The translations under genes and the position numbers were made by a program. The notes beneath the pieces were generated by a model that was given only the letters and a program-made list of their open reading frames with translations, was not told the DNA's origin and did no database searches. This document shows, one piece after another, positions 49,402-58,723 of a DNA stretch of 64,000 nt. Each line of letters opens with the position of its first letter. Positions within the stretch are counted from its first letter, which is position 1. The stretch is taken from contig CAWJJC010000025.1 of NCBI GenBank assembly GCA_963843145.1, forward strand, positions 1 to 64,000, in the 5' to 3' direction. Origin of the DNA: an uncultured delta proteobacterium. GTDB lineage: Bacteria; Desulfobacterota; RBG-13-43-22.

Positions 49402-51185
49402 TTCCTTTTCAGCCGCCTCTCGATTTCATCCAGCGACAGCAGGAACCACAGGGGCCGACCGTGAGGGCAGTGTGAGGGTTGCTCGGTTTGATCCAAATCG
49501 CGCAGCAAACTCCGCATCTCCGCTTCCGTCAAGGATTGACCGGCTTTAATGGCCCCGTGGCAGGCCAGGCTCTTCAGAAGCCTCTCGGCCTGATCGGAGT
49601 GATCGCTTGTTTCCCGCCCGGACGTTAGGGTCAAAAAAATTTCCTGCACGGCTTCCGCCGCCTGGGCTGGCGATAATTCCTGCGGGATGGCCGTAATCCG
49701 GTACGAGGGTCCCCTGCCCGGCGCCCAATCAAAACCCAAGGCCCGAAGACTGCTTTCCAGGTCCTGGACCGTTTCCGGATCCGTCGGCGCCAGTTCGAGC
49801 ACCAGGGGCGTCAACAAAAGCTGCGAGGCCACCCCGCCCCGACGCCGGCCCTGAAGAAATTTTTCATAAAGGACCCGTTCATGGGCGGCGTGCTGATCCA
49901 CCACCAGCAGACCCGATTCTCCCACGGCCAAAAGGTACGATCGGTATACTTGCCCCAGCAGGAACAGTCCCGAAAAGGGGCCGGTTTTCCTCTCAACCGG
50001 TGTCCCGGAAAGAGTCGGCGCCGCTTCGGAAGCCCTTTCCGCTTCCGGCCGGAATCCCTGTCCGGGCCGGAAGGAGGAAAAGGCCGCCGGTGAAGCCAAG
50101 GCCGCCTGCGGTTCGCGAAGCAAGGGCAACTCTTCCGAAGCGGTTTCTCGAAAAGGCGGGAAATAGGCCATTCGAGAATTGACCTCCAGGGGCGTCAGGT
50201 TTTTTAAGGCCCGGCCCAGGGCTTTTCGACCCACCTCCAGCACCCATTCCTCGTGGCTGAAACGGACCTCCTGCTTGGCAGGATGAATGTTTACATCCAC
50301 CAATTCGGGAGGAACCTCCATCCACAAGGCGGCCAAGGGGAATCGGCCCTGGGGGAGCATGCCTTTATAAGAACTCAAAATCAGAGGATAAAGTAAAGGA
50401 CTCCGAACCCAGCGGCGGTTGACGATCAAGGCTACATAGCGGCCGGTATTGAGGTGAACCTGGGGCGGAGAAACAAATCCTTGAACCCGGACATTATATT
50501 CCTCCCCTTCCACCCCGATCAATCCCGAAGTCCGCTCTTTTCCCCAGAGCTCTTCCAGTCGAAAGACGCGCTGTTTCGTCGGCAGCAAATGAATGACCTT
50601 TTTTCCGTTATGGTGCAAGGTCATCTGGATCTCCGGGAACCCCAGGGCCACCCGCTCAAAGGCCGATTGAATCCGGCTCCATTCGGCCCGAGGGCTCTTT
50701 AGAAAGGCCAGGCGCGCCGGGGTATGGTAGAATAAATCGTTTACCTCCACGGTAGTCCCGGAGATCCCGGCGATCTCCACCAGCCCTTTTTTCTCACCAC
50801 CCCAGATCTCGAGGCGCTGGCCGCTGCCGGCGCCCCGGGGGATGGAACGTATGGACAGCCGGCTGACAGCGGCGATGCTGGGCAAGGCCTCGCCCCGAAA
50901 ACCCATGGTCTTCAAACCGTAGAGGTCGTTGAGCCCTTTAATTTTGCTGGTGGCGTGCCGTTCGACGGACAGAGAAAGATCCTCCAGAGTCATCCCCTGG
51001 CCGTTATCCGTTACCAGGATCTGGGAGGTCCCGGCTTGTTGAATTTCCACCCGGATTTCGGTGGCCCCGGCGTCTACCGCGTTTTCCAACAGTTCCTTCA
51101 CCACCGAAGCCGGCCGCTCCACCACTTCACCGGCGGCGATCTGGTTGATCAGCATTTCGGAGAGTATTTTAATTCTGTTTTCCAT
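49398..51185 (-). CDS. mutL: DNA mismatch repair protein MutL
   Basis: NQIAAGEVVERP, GFRGEAL, DQHAAHER, ACH.AIK, CPHGRP. Confidence 0.98.
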   Translation of the reverse strand: MENRIKILSEMLINQIAAGEVVERPASVVKELLENAVDAGATEIRVEIQQAGTSQILVTDNGQGMTLEDLSLSVERHATSKIKGLNDLYGLKTMGFRGEALPSIAAVSRLSIRSIPRGAGSGQRLEIWGGEKKGLVEIAGISGTTVEVNDLFYHTPARLAFLKSPRAEWSRIQSAFERVALGFPEIQMTLHHNGKKVIHLLPTKQRVFRLEELWGKERTSGLIGVEGEEYNVRVQGFVSPPQVHLNTGRYVALIVNRRWVRSPLLYPLILSSYKGMLPQGRFPLAALWMEVPPELVDVNIHPAKQEVRFSHEEWVLEVGRKALGRALKNLTPLEVNSRMAYFPPFRETASEELPLLREPQAALASPAAFSSFRPGQGFRPEAERASEAAPTLSGTPVERKTGPFSGLFLLGQVYRSYLLAVGESGLLVVDQHAAHERVLYEKFLQGRRRGGVASQLLLTPLVLELAPTDPETVQDLESSLRALGFDWAPGRGPSYRITAIPQELSPAQAAEAVQEIFLTLTSGRETSDHSDQAERLLKSLACHGAIKAGQSLTEAEMRSLLRDLDQTEQPSHCPHGRPLWFLLSLDEIERRLKRK

Positions 51186-51433
51186 AGGATCATTCGGGAA
51201 GGAGGCCGGCTCTTTTTATAGCATAAACCTTTGCCCTCAGCCAAAGGAAATCCCGCTGTTCATCAATTTCGGCCATGACTTCAACCTTGCTTTTTATGGC
51301 TTTTATGCGGTATCCTTAATTCAAGGAGGGCTGCCAAGGTTCTTCTTAAAATAAAAGGCCTCTGCTTCCTGAAAACGCCTTCTTCCTGAAGTAGAGGCCT
51401 TTAGCTTATTACCTTCTGCGGAGGTTTTAGACC

Positions 51434-51586
51434 ATGAAACCGGAAGAGGAATTGATCCTGAAAGTGACCAAGGAAATCGTCATTAAATACATTGAAATCG
51501 GACGCCTGGCCATCAGCAGCTTCGATGAAGCCTTCCGGGGCATTTACCGGACTGTGGAAGAAACAGTCCAAACCAAAAAACCCTAA
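51434..51586 (+). CDS. Small conserved-looking helical protein (50 aa)
   Basis: GGAGG RBS; MKPEEELILKVTKEIVIKYIEIGRLAISSFDEAFRGIYRTVEETVQTKKP*. Confidence 0.75.
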   Translation: MKPEEELILKVTKEIVIKYIEIGRLAISSFDEAFRGIYRTVEETVQTKKP

Positions 51587-51598
51587 TTAATAGGCCGC

Positions 51599-51908
51599 TT
51601 CGCCCTTTTGGGTGTGTCCCCCCCTAGATCTGGTATGGCCGTGGGGTCTCGGCGAAAGGGTTTTCCAAAGGTACTCCGGACTTCGAACCCGGGCCTAACT
51701 TAATAACTTTACTTAAAGCAGGCCCATACTCAGCATATTTTGATGTCTCCTCGGCCGGCCCTGCCTTGTGGAACATTTGATAGTAAGGGGGCCGGGTTAG
51801 AACCTAAAAAGCAATAGGGAAAACCCTTTCGCCGAGACCCCACGGCCATGGAGGTCCGATTTCAGGTTAATCTATTCCATATTGCGGCCAACCACCCAAA
51901 AGGGCGAA
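51599..51908. repeat. Nested long inverted repeat (MITE-like)
   Basis: Perfect 16-bp outer IR (51599-51614/51893-51908) and perfect 32-bp inner IR (51635-51666/51818-51849). Confidence 0.85.
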
Positions 51909-51914
51909 CCACCA

Positions 51915-52658
51915 TCAATAGATCACCTTTCGTAAAAACAGCCCCTGGGCCGGGGCCATGGCCCCGGCCTGGGACCGGTCCCGAGAAGCCAAAATATCCT
52001 GCCACTGTCCCAAGCTGATCTTTTTCATTCCCAGACGAACTAAAGCCCCGACCAGATTGCGGACCATGTGCCGGAGAAACCCGTCGCCCTGGAATCGCAA
52101 ACGGACCCCTCCCCGGCGTAAACGGATCAAATCGGCCTGAAACAGGGTCTTGACCGTCTGCTTCACGTCGCTCCCGGCGGTCTGGTAGGCTGAAAAATCA
52201 TGCTCCCCTTTGAGCTCCAAAAGCCCCTGGCTCATCAGTCCAAAATCCAGCGGTTGACCGATCCACCAACTGTAACGCCGATAAAAAGGCGCCGGCCAGC
52301 CTCCATTCAAGAGATAATAATCGTAAGTCTTCAGGCGGCTGTCATAGCGGGCATGAAAGTCGGGCAGCGTTTCCTGAACCGATCGAATGCGGATATCCGG
52401 AGGCAGAAGGGCGTTAAGGGCGCTTTGCCATTTTTCCAGAGTCAGGGCCGCCAGCGTTTTAAAATGGGCCACCTGGCCCCAGGCGTGAACTCCGGCATCC
52501 GTTCGGCCGGCCCCCGTCAGGGCGATCGGCTCCCGGGTAATTTTTTGCAATACGGCTTCCAGAGTTCCCTGAATCGTGGGGGCCTGGGGCTGGCGCTGCC
52601 AGCCCTGGAAATCGGTACCGTCATAAGCGATGAGCAGGCGGATAGTACGGGAAGACAT
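51915..52658 (-). CDS. truA: tRNA pseudouridine(38-40) synthase
   Basis: YDGTDFQGWQ, AGRTDAGVHA, FHAR, FLRHMVR. Confidence 0.97.
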   Translation of the reverse strand: MSSRTIRLLIAYDGTDFQGWQRQPQAPTIQGTLEAVLQKITREPIALTGAGRTDAGVHAWGQVAHFKTLAALTLEKWQSALNALLPPDIRIRSVQETLPDFHARYDSRLKTYDYYLLNGGWPAPFYRRYSWWIGQPLDFGLMSQGLLELKGEHDFSAYQTAGSDVKQTVKTLFQADLIRLRRGGVRLRFQGDGFLRHMVRNLVGALVRLGMKKISLGQWQDILASRDRSQAGAMAPAQGLFLRKVIY

Positions 52659-52660
52659 AT

Positions 52661-52786
52661 TCGTTTATTTGGTTTGTTTCGTTGATTTGGTTTGTTTGGT
52701 TTATTTATCGGAATTGGTTAATGGGTGAAATCCGCCAGATCTTCTCGAACCAGATAACGAAATAAACCAAACAAACGAGATAAACG
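52661..52786. repeat. Inverted array of degenerate 9-mers
   Basis: TCGTTTATT/TGGTTTGTT units on the left, AACCAAACA/AACGAAATA units on the right. Confidence 0.75.
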
Positions 52787-52789
52787 CGC

Positions 52790-53842
52790 TTAGGGATAAA
52801 GCGGCAGTTGGGTCAAGCCCAGGGTCTGGTCCCAGCCCAGGAGGATATTCATATTTTGGATAGCCTGACCGGAGGCCCCCTTGACCAAATTATCGATGGC
52901 CGAGAGGACGATCACCCGCCCCGTCCTGGGATCCAGACGCCATCCGATTTCGCAGTAGTTGGAACCCCGAACCCTGAGGGTGTTAGGGAGTTCCCCCTTC
53001 TCCAGCAAGCGGACGAAGGGGGCTTCCCGGTAAAAGTCGCTATAAAGATCCTTGAGGTCCTCCCAGGTCGTTTCCTTTTGAGGATAGGCATAGAGAGTGG
53101 ATAGTATCCCCCGGGACATGGGCACCAGGTGGGGAGTAAAGGTGATAGTCAGCGACTGTTCAGCCAACCGGCTTAATTCCTGTTCAATTTCAGGGGTATG
53201 GCGGTGCTCGCCACCCACTTTATAGGCCTTGAAGCCTTCATCCACCTCGCAGTACAAGCTCCCTAAATGAACCGACCGTCCGGCACCACTGACGCCGGAT
53301 TTAGAATCCGCCACCAGTCCCTGCGGTTCAATCACCTTTTCCTTCAGCAGGGGAGCTAGTCCTAAAATAATACTGGTGGGATAGCAGCCGGGATTCCCGA
53401 TCAGCCGAGCCTGCCGAATGGCCGGGGTGTGGATCTCGGGCAGCCCGTAAACCGCTTGTTTCAGCAGGTCGGGCGCCTGATGGGGACCGTACCAGGCCTG
53501 GTAGGTTTCCGGGTCCTGAAACCGAAAATCCGCGCTCAGATCGATAATTTTCAGCCTTTGATCCGGGAAGATTCGGGCGACGATCTCCATGGCCTCTTTA
53601 TGGGGTACGGCGGTAAAAACGACTTGCGCCTCCCGGGCGATCTCCTTGGCCGCCGGATCGCTAAAAAGCAGATCCGTATAGCCCAAGGAAGGGAAAACCT
53701 GCTGGACCTTCTGGCCTTGGTGGGTCCGGGAGGTCACGCCGACCACCTCCACCCGGGGATGCCGGAGCAATAGACGCAAGAGCTCCAAACCGGTATATCC
53801 CGATCCTCCTACTATAACTGCCTTTGTTCTTGATTCTGCCAT
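52790..53842 (-). CDS. argC: N-acetyl-gamma-glutamyl-phosphate reductase
   Basis: GGSGYTG, DLSADFR, NPGCYPT, SGVSGAGR, DNLVKGASGQA. Confidence 0.97.
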   Translation of the reverse strand: MAESRTKAVIVGGSGYTGLELLRLLLRHPRVEVVGVTSRTHQGQKVQQVFPSLGYTDLLFSDPAAKEIAREAQVVFTAVPHKEAMEIVARIFPDQRLKIIDLSADFRFQDPETYQAWYGPHQAPDLLKQAVYGLPEIHTPAIRQARLIGNPGCYPTSIILGLAPLLKEKVIEPQGLVADSKSGVSGAGRSVHLGSLYCEVDEGFKAYKVGGEHRHTPEIEQELSRLAEQSLTITFTPHLVPMSRGILSTLYAYPQKETTWEDLKDLYSDFYREAPFVRLLEKGELPNTLRVRGSNYCEIGWRLDPRTGRVIVLSAIDNLVKGASGQAIQNMNILLGWDQTLGLTQLPLYP

Positions 53843-53852
53843 GATCCCCTCC

Positions 53853-53888
53853 AAAAAAAAGGGAAGCGCCCTCTCGGGCCTTCCCTTT
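53853..53888 (-). terminator. Intrinsic terminator after rpsI
   Basis: AAAGGGAAGGCCC-GAGA-GGGCGCTTCCC then T-tract on the minus strand. Confidence 0.7.
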
Positions 53889-53916
53889 CGAATTTTCATT
53901 TGTTTTATGGTACCTA

Positions 53917-54309
53917 TTAACGCTTCGAATATTGAAAACGGGCCCTGGCCCCTTTCTGACCGTATTTTTTCCGTTCCTTGATCCTGGAATCACGGGTTAA
54001 GAACCCCGCCTTTTTTAATACGGCCCGTAAATTAGGATCAAAGACCAGCAGGGCCTTACTGATTCCATGTTTAACGGCCCCGGCCTGGCCGGTCAATCCC
54101 CCGCCCTGCACGTTGACTAAAATATCAAATTTTCCGACCGTATCGGTCAATTCCAAAGGTTGGAGGACCACCATCTTGGCGGTTTCCCGGCTGAAGTAAT
54201 TATCCACCGGCCGGTCATTAATCACGATCTGACCGGTTCCCGGCCGTAGCCAAGTCCGGGCGATAGCGCATTTTCTTTTTCCTGTGGCGTAGTATTCCTT
54301 TTCGGCCAT
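53917..54309 (-). CDS. rpsI: 30S ribosomal protein S9
   Basis: [31 protein letters not shown]...QYSKR. Confidence 0.99.
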   Translation of the reverse strand: MAEKEYYATGKRKCAIARTWLRPGTGQIVINDRPVDNYFSRETAKMVVLQPLELTDTVGKFDILVNVQGGGLTGQAGAVKHGISKALLVFDPNLRAVLKKAGFLTRDSRIKERKKYGQKGARARFQYSKR

Positions 54310-54323
54310 AATTCAGTTAACCT

Positions 54324-54752
54324 CTACAGCGTTAAGGTGATGGGTTGCTGGGCTTGATGAGGGTGTTCCGGGCCCACATAAACCTTTAATTTCTTATTAA
54401 TTTTCCGGCCCAAGCTGTTCTTCGGCAACATGCCTCGAACCGCCTGACGAATCAGATCTTCGGGTCGTTTTTCCATCAATTTTTTCGCGGTAATGGATTT
54501 CAGTCCGCCGATAAATCCCGAATGATGGTAATATATCTTTTGGTCTATTTTTCTGCCCGTCAGTTTGATCTGCTCGGCATTGACTACGATTACAAAATCG
54601 CCCATATCGGCATAAGGGACAAAACGGGGATTCATTTTACCCCTCAGACGACTGGCAATTTCCGAGGCCAACCGACCCAGAACCAGGTCTTTGGCATCGA
54701 CCAGATACCATTTCCGCTCAAATTCACCTGCTTTAGGTCGAAATGTTTTCAT
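54324..54752 (-). CDS. rplM: 50S ribosomal protein L13
   Basis: [35 protein letters not shown]. Confidence 0.99.
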   Translation of the reverse strand: MKTFRPKAGEFERKWYLVDAKDLVLGRLASEIASRLRGKMNPRFVPYADMGDFVIVVNAEQIKLTGRKIDQKIYYHHSGFIGGLKSITAKKLMEKRPEDLIRQAVRGMLPKNSLGRKINKKLKVYVGPEHPHQAQQPITLTL

Positions 54753-54784
54753 CGTACCCTACCCCTATAAAGTTAAAAAAGGAT

Positions 54785-54813
54785 AATTTACCCCAATTAA
54801 TTTAAGTTGTCAA
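54785..54813 (-). promoter_or_regulatory. sigma70 promoter for rplM-rpsI
   Basis: TTGACA-17 nt-TAAATT. Confidence 0.7.
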
Positions 54814-54834
54814 TATTTATTAGGGGGGAGGGGG

Positions 54835-57195
54835 CTAAAATTCACCCAGACCTTTTAAATTAAGGGAAAGAAGGAATCGTTTATCGCCATAGCTATCCGT
54901 GTAAGTGGCTTTAATTCCCCAACATTGATGGGCATAAGCCAGTCCCAGGTTGGTCTCATAATTTTTATTTTGATCGATGGAGTACCTATTCAGGAAATCG
55001 GCTGTCCAGGTGGGATTGATCTTCCAGAGCAAGGAAGTGTTAATCTGCCTGTACTGGTCCCCGTTGATGGTTTGATAATCCACAGTGGCCCAACTCCCCC
55101 CTGGAGTGTTCAGGCTGAGCGAATGGGTCTGGGTATCGAACTGGTTGTCGTAGGGCGACCAGCCGGCATAAGAGCGGAACCGGATAAACGGACTGGGGAT
55201 GAATTCCAGTTCAGCCGTCACATTGGAAAAAGGTCTCCGGGGACTGGTGGTTCCGGTAGTTCCGGTGGTTCCACCGATTCCGGTGACTGGTACGATTCCG
55301 GTGGTTCCGGTGATTCCGGTGATAGGAGCGGTTCCGGTGGTTCCGGTAGTCGTAGTTCCTAAAATTCTTGGGGTTTTTTCGTCCCGAGTGGCCTCATTGA
55401 TGTCATAGGTCTGGTAAATTTTAAAATAGACAAAATCCAGATAAGAATGAAGATCTTCCCCTTCTTTCCCTAACCCGATAAAGTTTTTGGCGGTCAGCGT
55501 GTTATTCAGATAATAGGTAATGGTATTGGTTTTAATCAGTGGGGAGACAAAAGTCGGCAAAGAATCGGTGGTGTTGTTATTCGTTATGTCCGGAGTAAAA
55601 TCATAAACCACCTGCGGGCGGATGCTGTGTTTGATTTTCCGGAGCGTTTTATCGGAAACATCAAAAACGCGCTGGATATCCGTAGACAAATCCAGCTTTA
55701 AACTCGGCACGGTTCGGGCGCCCCAATCCGCTACCCCGGTACCGGTTTTATTCTCCACCTGGAAAAAGGCCTGGTTGGCCCCGACAGAGGTTTCCGTGTT
55801 GAGAACGTTGAGAAATTTATAGGGGTAGGAAAGAATCGGATTAATTTCCATGAACTGGCCCCGATCCAGGCTTTTCCGCCAATAATGATTATAATCGGAA
55901 TTCAACTGGAAAAAGAAATTTTTCCCGAGTTCGTATTTTGTGCTGTCATAACGGAAATAGGGGAGCTGGTTCAAGGCATCATCGCTATTGTCCAACTCCT
56001 GGAAATATTGAAACCCGCCGGTAAAATTATAATTCCCCACGCTGCGGGTGACGATAGCCGTGTTCCGGCGATCCAAGACCGTCTCGTCATCGAAATCCCG
56101 GCCGAATTCACTCAAAAAATAGGGCCGATTGCGGTCCAGCCCGTTGCCCGCTCCTCGGAATTCCCTGAGGTAGTCCCGGTCGCTGAGCAAGTCCAGGTCC
56201 ACTTTAAGTACATACCCTTTCGGCAGATCCTGGTTGGCCTTGCCTCGGAACCAGTATCGTTCATTGTAGGCTTCACTGTTCCGCTTCGCCTTGAATTCCT
56301 CCTCGCCCAGCAGGTCCTTAGGGAGGTAGTCCGCCATGAATGCCCCTTTGGAGTTTGGGTCGGTGACATAGCGAAATTCCGCCCCCTGCATATAGCCCCG
56401 ATTGCTCATGAAATACTGGTAAAAGGTGGCGTCCAGGTTATCCGCTATGGCCCAGTAGAAGGGCGCGTTGAGCGTCAGGCCGTCCCGCTGGGAATAGCCG
56501 GGTTCCGGAAACAGCAGGCCGCTTTGTCGTTTGGTTTTGACCGGAAAGATCAGATAGGGCGTGTACAGGACGGGGATGTTGCGGGCCCGGAGGGAGGCCT
56601 GATATAACTTGCCGTACCCTTCCACGGTTACGTCAAAGTCTTTGGCGGTGATAATCCAGGGGGGATCATCCCCATCGCAGGAGGTGACGGTGCCCTCCAG
56701 GATCCGATAGGTGGATTCGCCGGTTTTCCAGATGCGGGTCCCGGTGACGTGATAGTTGTTTTTCTTCAGGAACAAGCGGCCTTTTTCCACCTCGCCGGTC
56801 TGCTTTTGTAAGTCGATCGTTAGGTGATCGCCCCGCAGTTCATCCCCCCCGGCCGTGTAGACCACGTTTCCCCGGGCTTCGGCGATCATGGTATTTCGGT
56901 CTAACCGGGCATAGTCACTCTTTAAAACCCGGTCCCCTTTCTTAATGACCACTTCCCCGATAGCCGTATATATATTCGTATCATGGTCGTAATTTAATTC
57001 CCGCGCCTCAATATCCCAGGGGGCTTTTTCGGATGGAGAACCAGCGGAAAAAAGGGTTTCCTGGGCGGCCACCCAGGGGACCCCTAAGAGAAAAAACCAG
57101 AATAGACAGGCAAAAATCTGCCGGCAGGATGGTAGCGAATTGGCCCCCATGGGCTTGATCAAACCCTTTCCATTTTTTTTCGTTTTTTTTAACAT
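54835..57195 (-). CDS. lptD: LPS-assembly protein LptD
   Basis: OstA-like N-terminal domain, TSC....PW, PVLYTPY..FP...RQSGLL.P, PFYWAI, C-terminal QCW and beta-signal. Confidence 0.9.
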   Translation of the reverse strand: MLKKTKKNGKGLIKPMGANSLPSCRQIFACLFWFFLLGVPWVAAQETLFSAGSPSEKAPWDIEARELNYDHDTNIYTAIGEVVIKKGDRVLKSDYARLDRNTMIAEARGNVVYTAGGDELRGDHLTIDLQKQTGEVEKGRLFLKKNNYHVTGTRIWKTGESTYRILEGTVTSCDGDDPPWIITAKDFDVTVEGYGKLYQASLRARNIPVLYTPYLIFPVKTKRQSGLLFPEPGYSQRDGLTLNAPFYWAIADNLDATFYQYFMSNRGYMQGAEFRYVTDPNSKGAFMADYLPKDLLGEEEFKAKRNSEAYNERYWFRGKANQDLPKGYVLKVDLDLLSDRDYLREFRGAGNGLDRNRPYFLSEFGRDFDDETVLDRRNTAIVTRSVGNYNFTGGFQYFQELDNSDDALNQLPYFRYDSTKYELGKNFFFQLNSDYNHYWRKSLDRGQFMEINPILSYPYKFLNVLNTETSVGANQAFFQVENKTGTGVADWGARTVPSLKLDLSTDIQRVFDVSDKTLRKIKHSIRPQVVYDFTPDITNNNTTDSLPTFVSPLIKTNTITYYLNNTLTAKNFIGLGKEGEDLHSYLDFVYFKIYQTYDINEATRDEKTPRILGTTTTGTTGTAPITGITGTTGIVPVTGIGGTTGTTGTTSPRRPFSNVTAELEFIPSPFIRFRSYAGWSPYDNQFDTQTHSLSLNTPGGSWATVDYQTINGDQYRQINTSLLWKINPTWTADFLNRYSIDQNKNYETNLGLAYAHQCWGIKATYTDSYGDKRFLLSLNLKGLGEF

Positions 57196-57231
57196 AAATT
57201 GAAAATTACTACAACCTAAATTAATAAATTT

Positions 57232-58602
57232 TTATAACACCTTACCTTTTGGCAGCCACTCTGGAATTAATCCCGAGGGGGGGGCGGCGCCTTTTGAAAT
57301 TTCGATTTTTTTCTCCAGGTAGGCCCGGGCCTCGCCGACCACAAACAGCGAGCCGGTGATACAGATCAGATCGTCCCTCGACGCTTCGCTGACGGCCCGG
57401 TCAATCGCCTGGGAGAGGGCGGGAAACAAGCGGCATTTGCTTCGGTCCCGGTCTATAAAAGAGAGCAGCTTTTCCGGCTCCGCCGACCGAAGGTATTCCG
57501 CCCGAGTTAAAAAGATCCAATCCGCCAAAGGGACGATAGGCGCCAAGATGGCCGGGATGTCTTTGTCTTGCATGATCCCGATCACCAGCAACAGTCGTCG
57601 ATAGGGCAGGGCCTTGGGCAGAGTCTCGGCCAGCACCTTCATGGCCGCCGGGTTGTGGGCGCCGTCCAAAACAATCCGGGGGCTTTCAGCCCAGACTTCC
57701 ATCCGGCCCGGCCAATTCACCTGGAGCAACCCCTCCCGGATATGCTCCTCAGAAAGGATTTTACCCTCCAGCGGCCAGAGGTTGACCAGGCTTAAGGCCA
57801 GACCGGCGTTTCTAATCTGGTGGGGGCCAAGCAGTTTATTTCGCAGGCCCTTATAAACCTTTCCAAAACCGGTGTAATTGAATTGGGTGCCCGTGATTTT
57901 TCGGGTCTGGAAATCCCGGCCGGCTAAAAACAGGGGGGATCCCTGCTCTCGGCAGATTTGCCCGATGACTTCCCGGGCTACCGGCTGGGTTACCCCGGAT
58001 ACCAGGGGGATACCGGGTTTGATGATCCCCCCCTTTTCCCAGGCAATCCGCCTCAAGGTGTTCCCCAAATATTCCTGATGCTCCAGACCCAGCGTGGTGA
58101 TAACCGTCACTCGAGGCCGGATGATATTGGTAGCGTCCAAACGCCCCCCCAATCCAACCTCGATGATCGCCAGGTCCACCTTTTCCCGGGCGAAATAAAT
58201 GAGGGCCATGGCCGTCACCATCTCGAAAAAAGTGGGCGGTTCTTCAGCATTCGTCCGGTCCTTCACCTCCCGGACCAAGTCCAGGGTCACCCCTGGGGGG
58301 ATCAGGCGTCCATTGATCTGAAAACGCTCGCGAAAATCCACGAGATGGGGGGAAGTATAAAGCCCCACCCGATAACCGGCCTGTGAAAAGATGGAGGCCG
58401 CCATAGCTGCCACCGAACCCTTACCGTTCGTGCCGGCGATATGGATCAGCTTCAACTGGTCCTGGGGACGGCCAAAAGCCTGAAGGAGGTTCTCGGTCTT
58501 GGAAAGACCGAATTTCATGCCGAACTTCTGCAGACCGTACAGATAGGACAAGGCCTGATCGTAGACCGGGTCCCGGGATAAGGGTTCGAACTGCTTGTCC
58601 AT
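57232..58602 (-). CDS. folC: Folylpolyglutamate/dihydrofolate synthase
   Basis: HIAGTNGKGS, YTSPHL, TFFE, EVGLGGRLDATN, WPGRME, LDGAHN. Confidence 0.97.
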   Translation of the reverse strand: MDKQFEPLSRDPVYDQALSYLYGLQKFGMKFGLSKTENLLQAFGRPQDQLKLIHIAGTNGKGSVAAMAASIFSQAGYRVGLYTSPHLVDFRERFQINGRLIPPGVTLDLVREVKDRTNAEEPPTFFEMVTAMALIYFAREKVDLAIIEVGLGGRLDATNIIRPRVTVITTLGLEHQEYLGNTLRRIAWEKGGIIKPGIPLVSGVTQPVAREVIGQICREQGSPLFLAGRDFQTRKITGTQFNYTGFGKVYKGLRNKLLGPHQIRNAGLALSLVNLWPLEGKILSEEHIREGLLQVNWPGRMEVWAESPRIVLDGAHNPAAMKVLAETLPKALPYRRLLLVIGIMQDKDIPAILAPIVPLADWIFLTRAEYLRSAEPEKLLSFIDRDRSKCRLFPALSQAIDRAVSEASRDDLICITGSLFVVGEARAYLEKKIEISKGAAPPSGLIPEWLPKGKVL

Positions 58603-58723
58603 AGCTTCTCTACTTTACCCAATCTTGAAATTTGTTTCCAACACTTAATCCGAGTCAATCTCTAAATCCAAAATTCGGATTTCGAGTTTGATCCAAAAAG
58701 GTTAGAATTCGGCTAGGGGTTTA

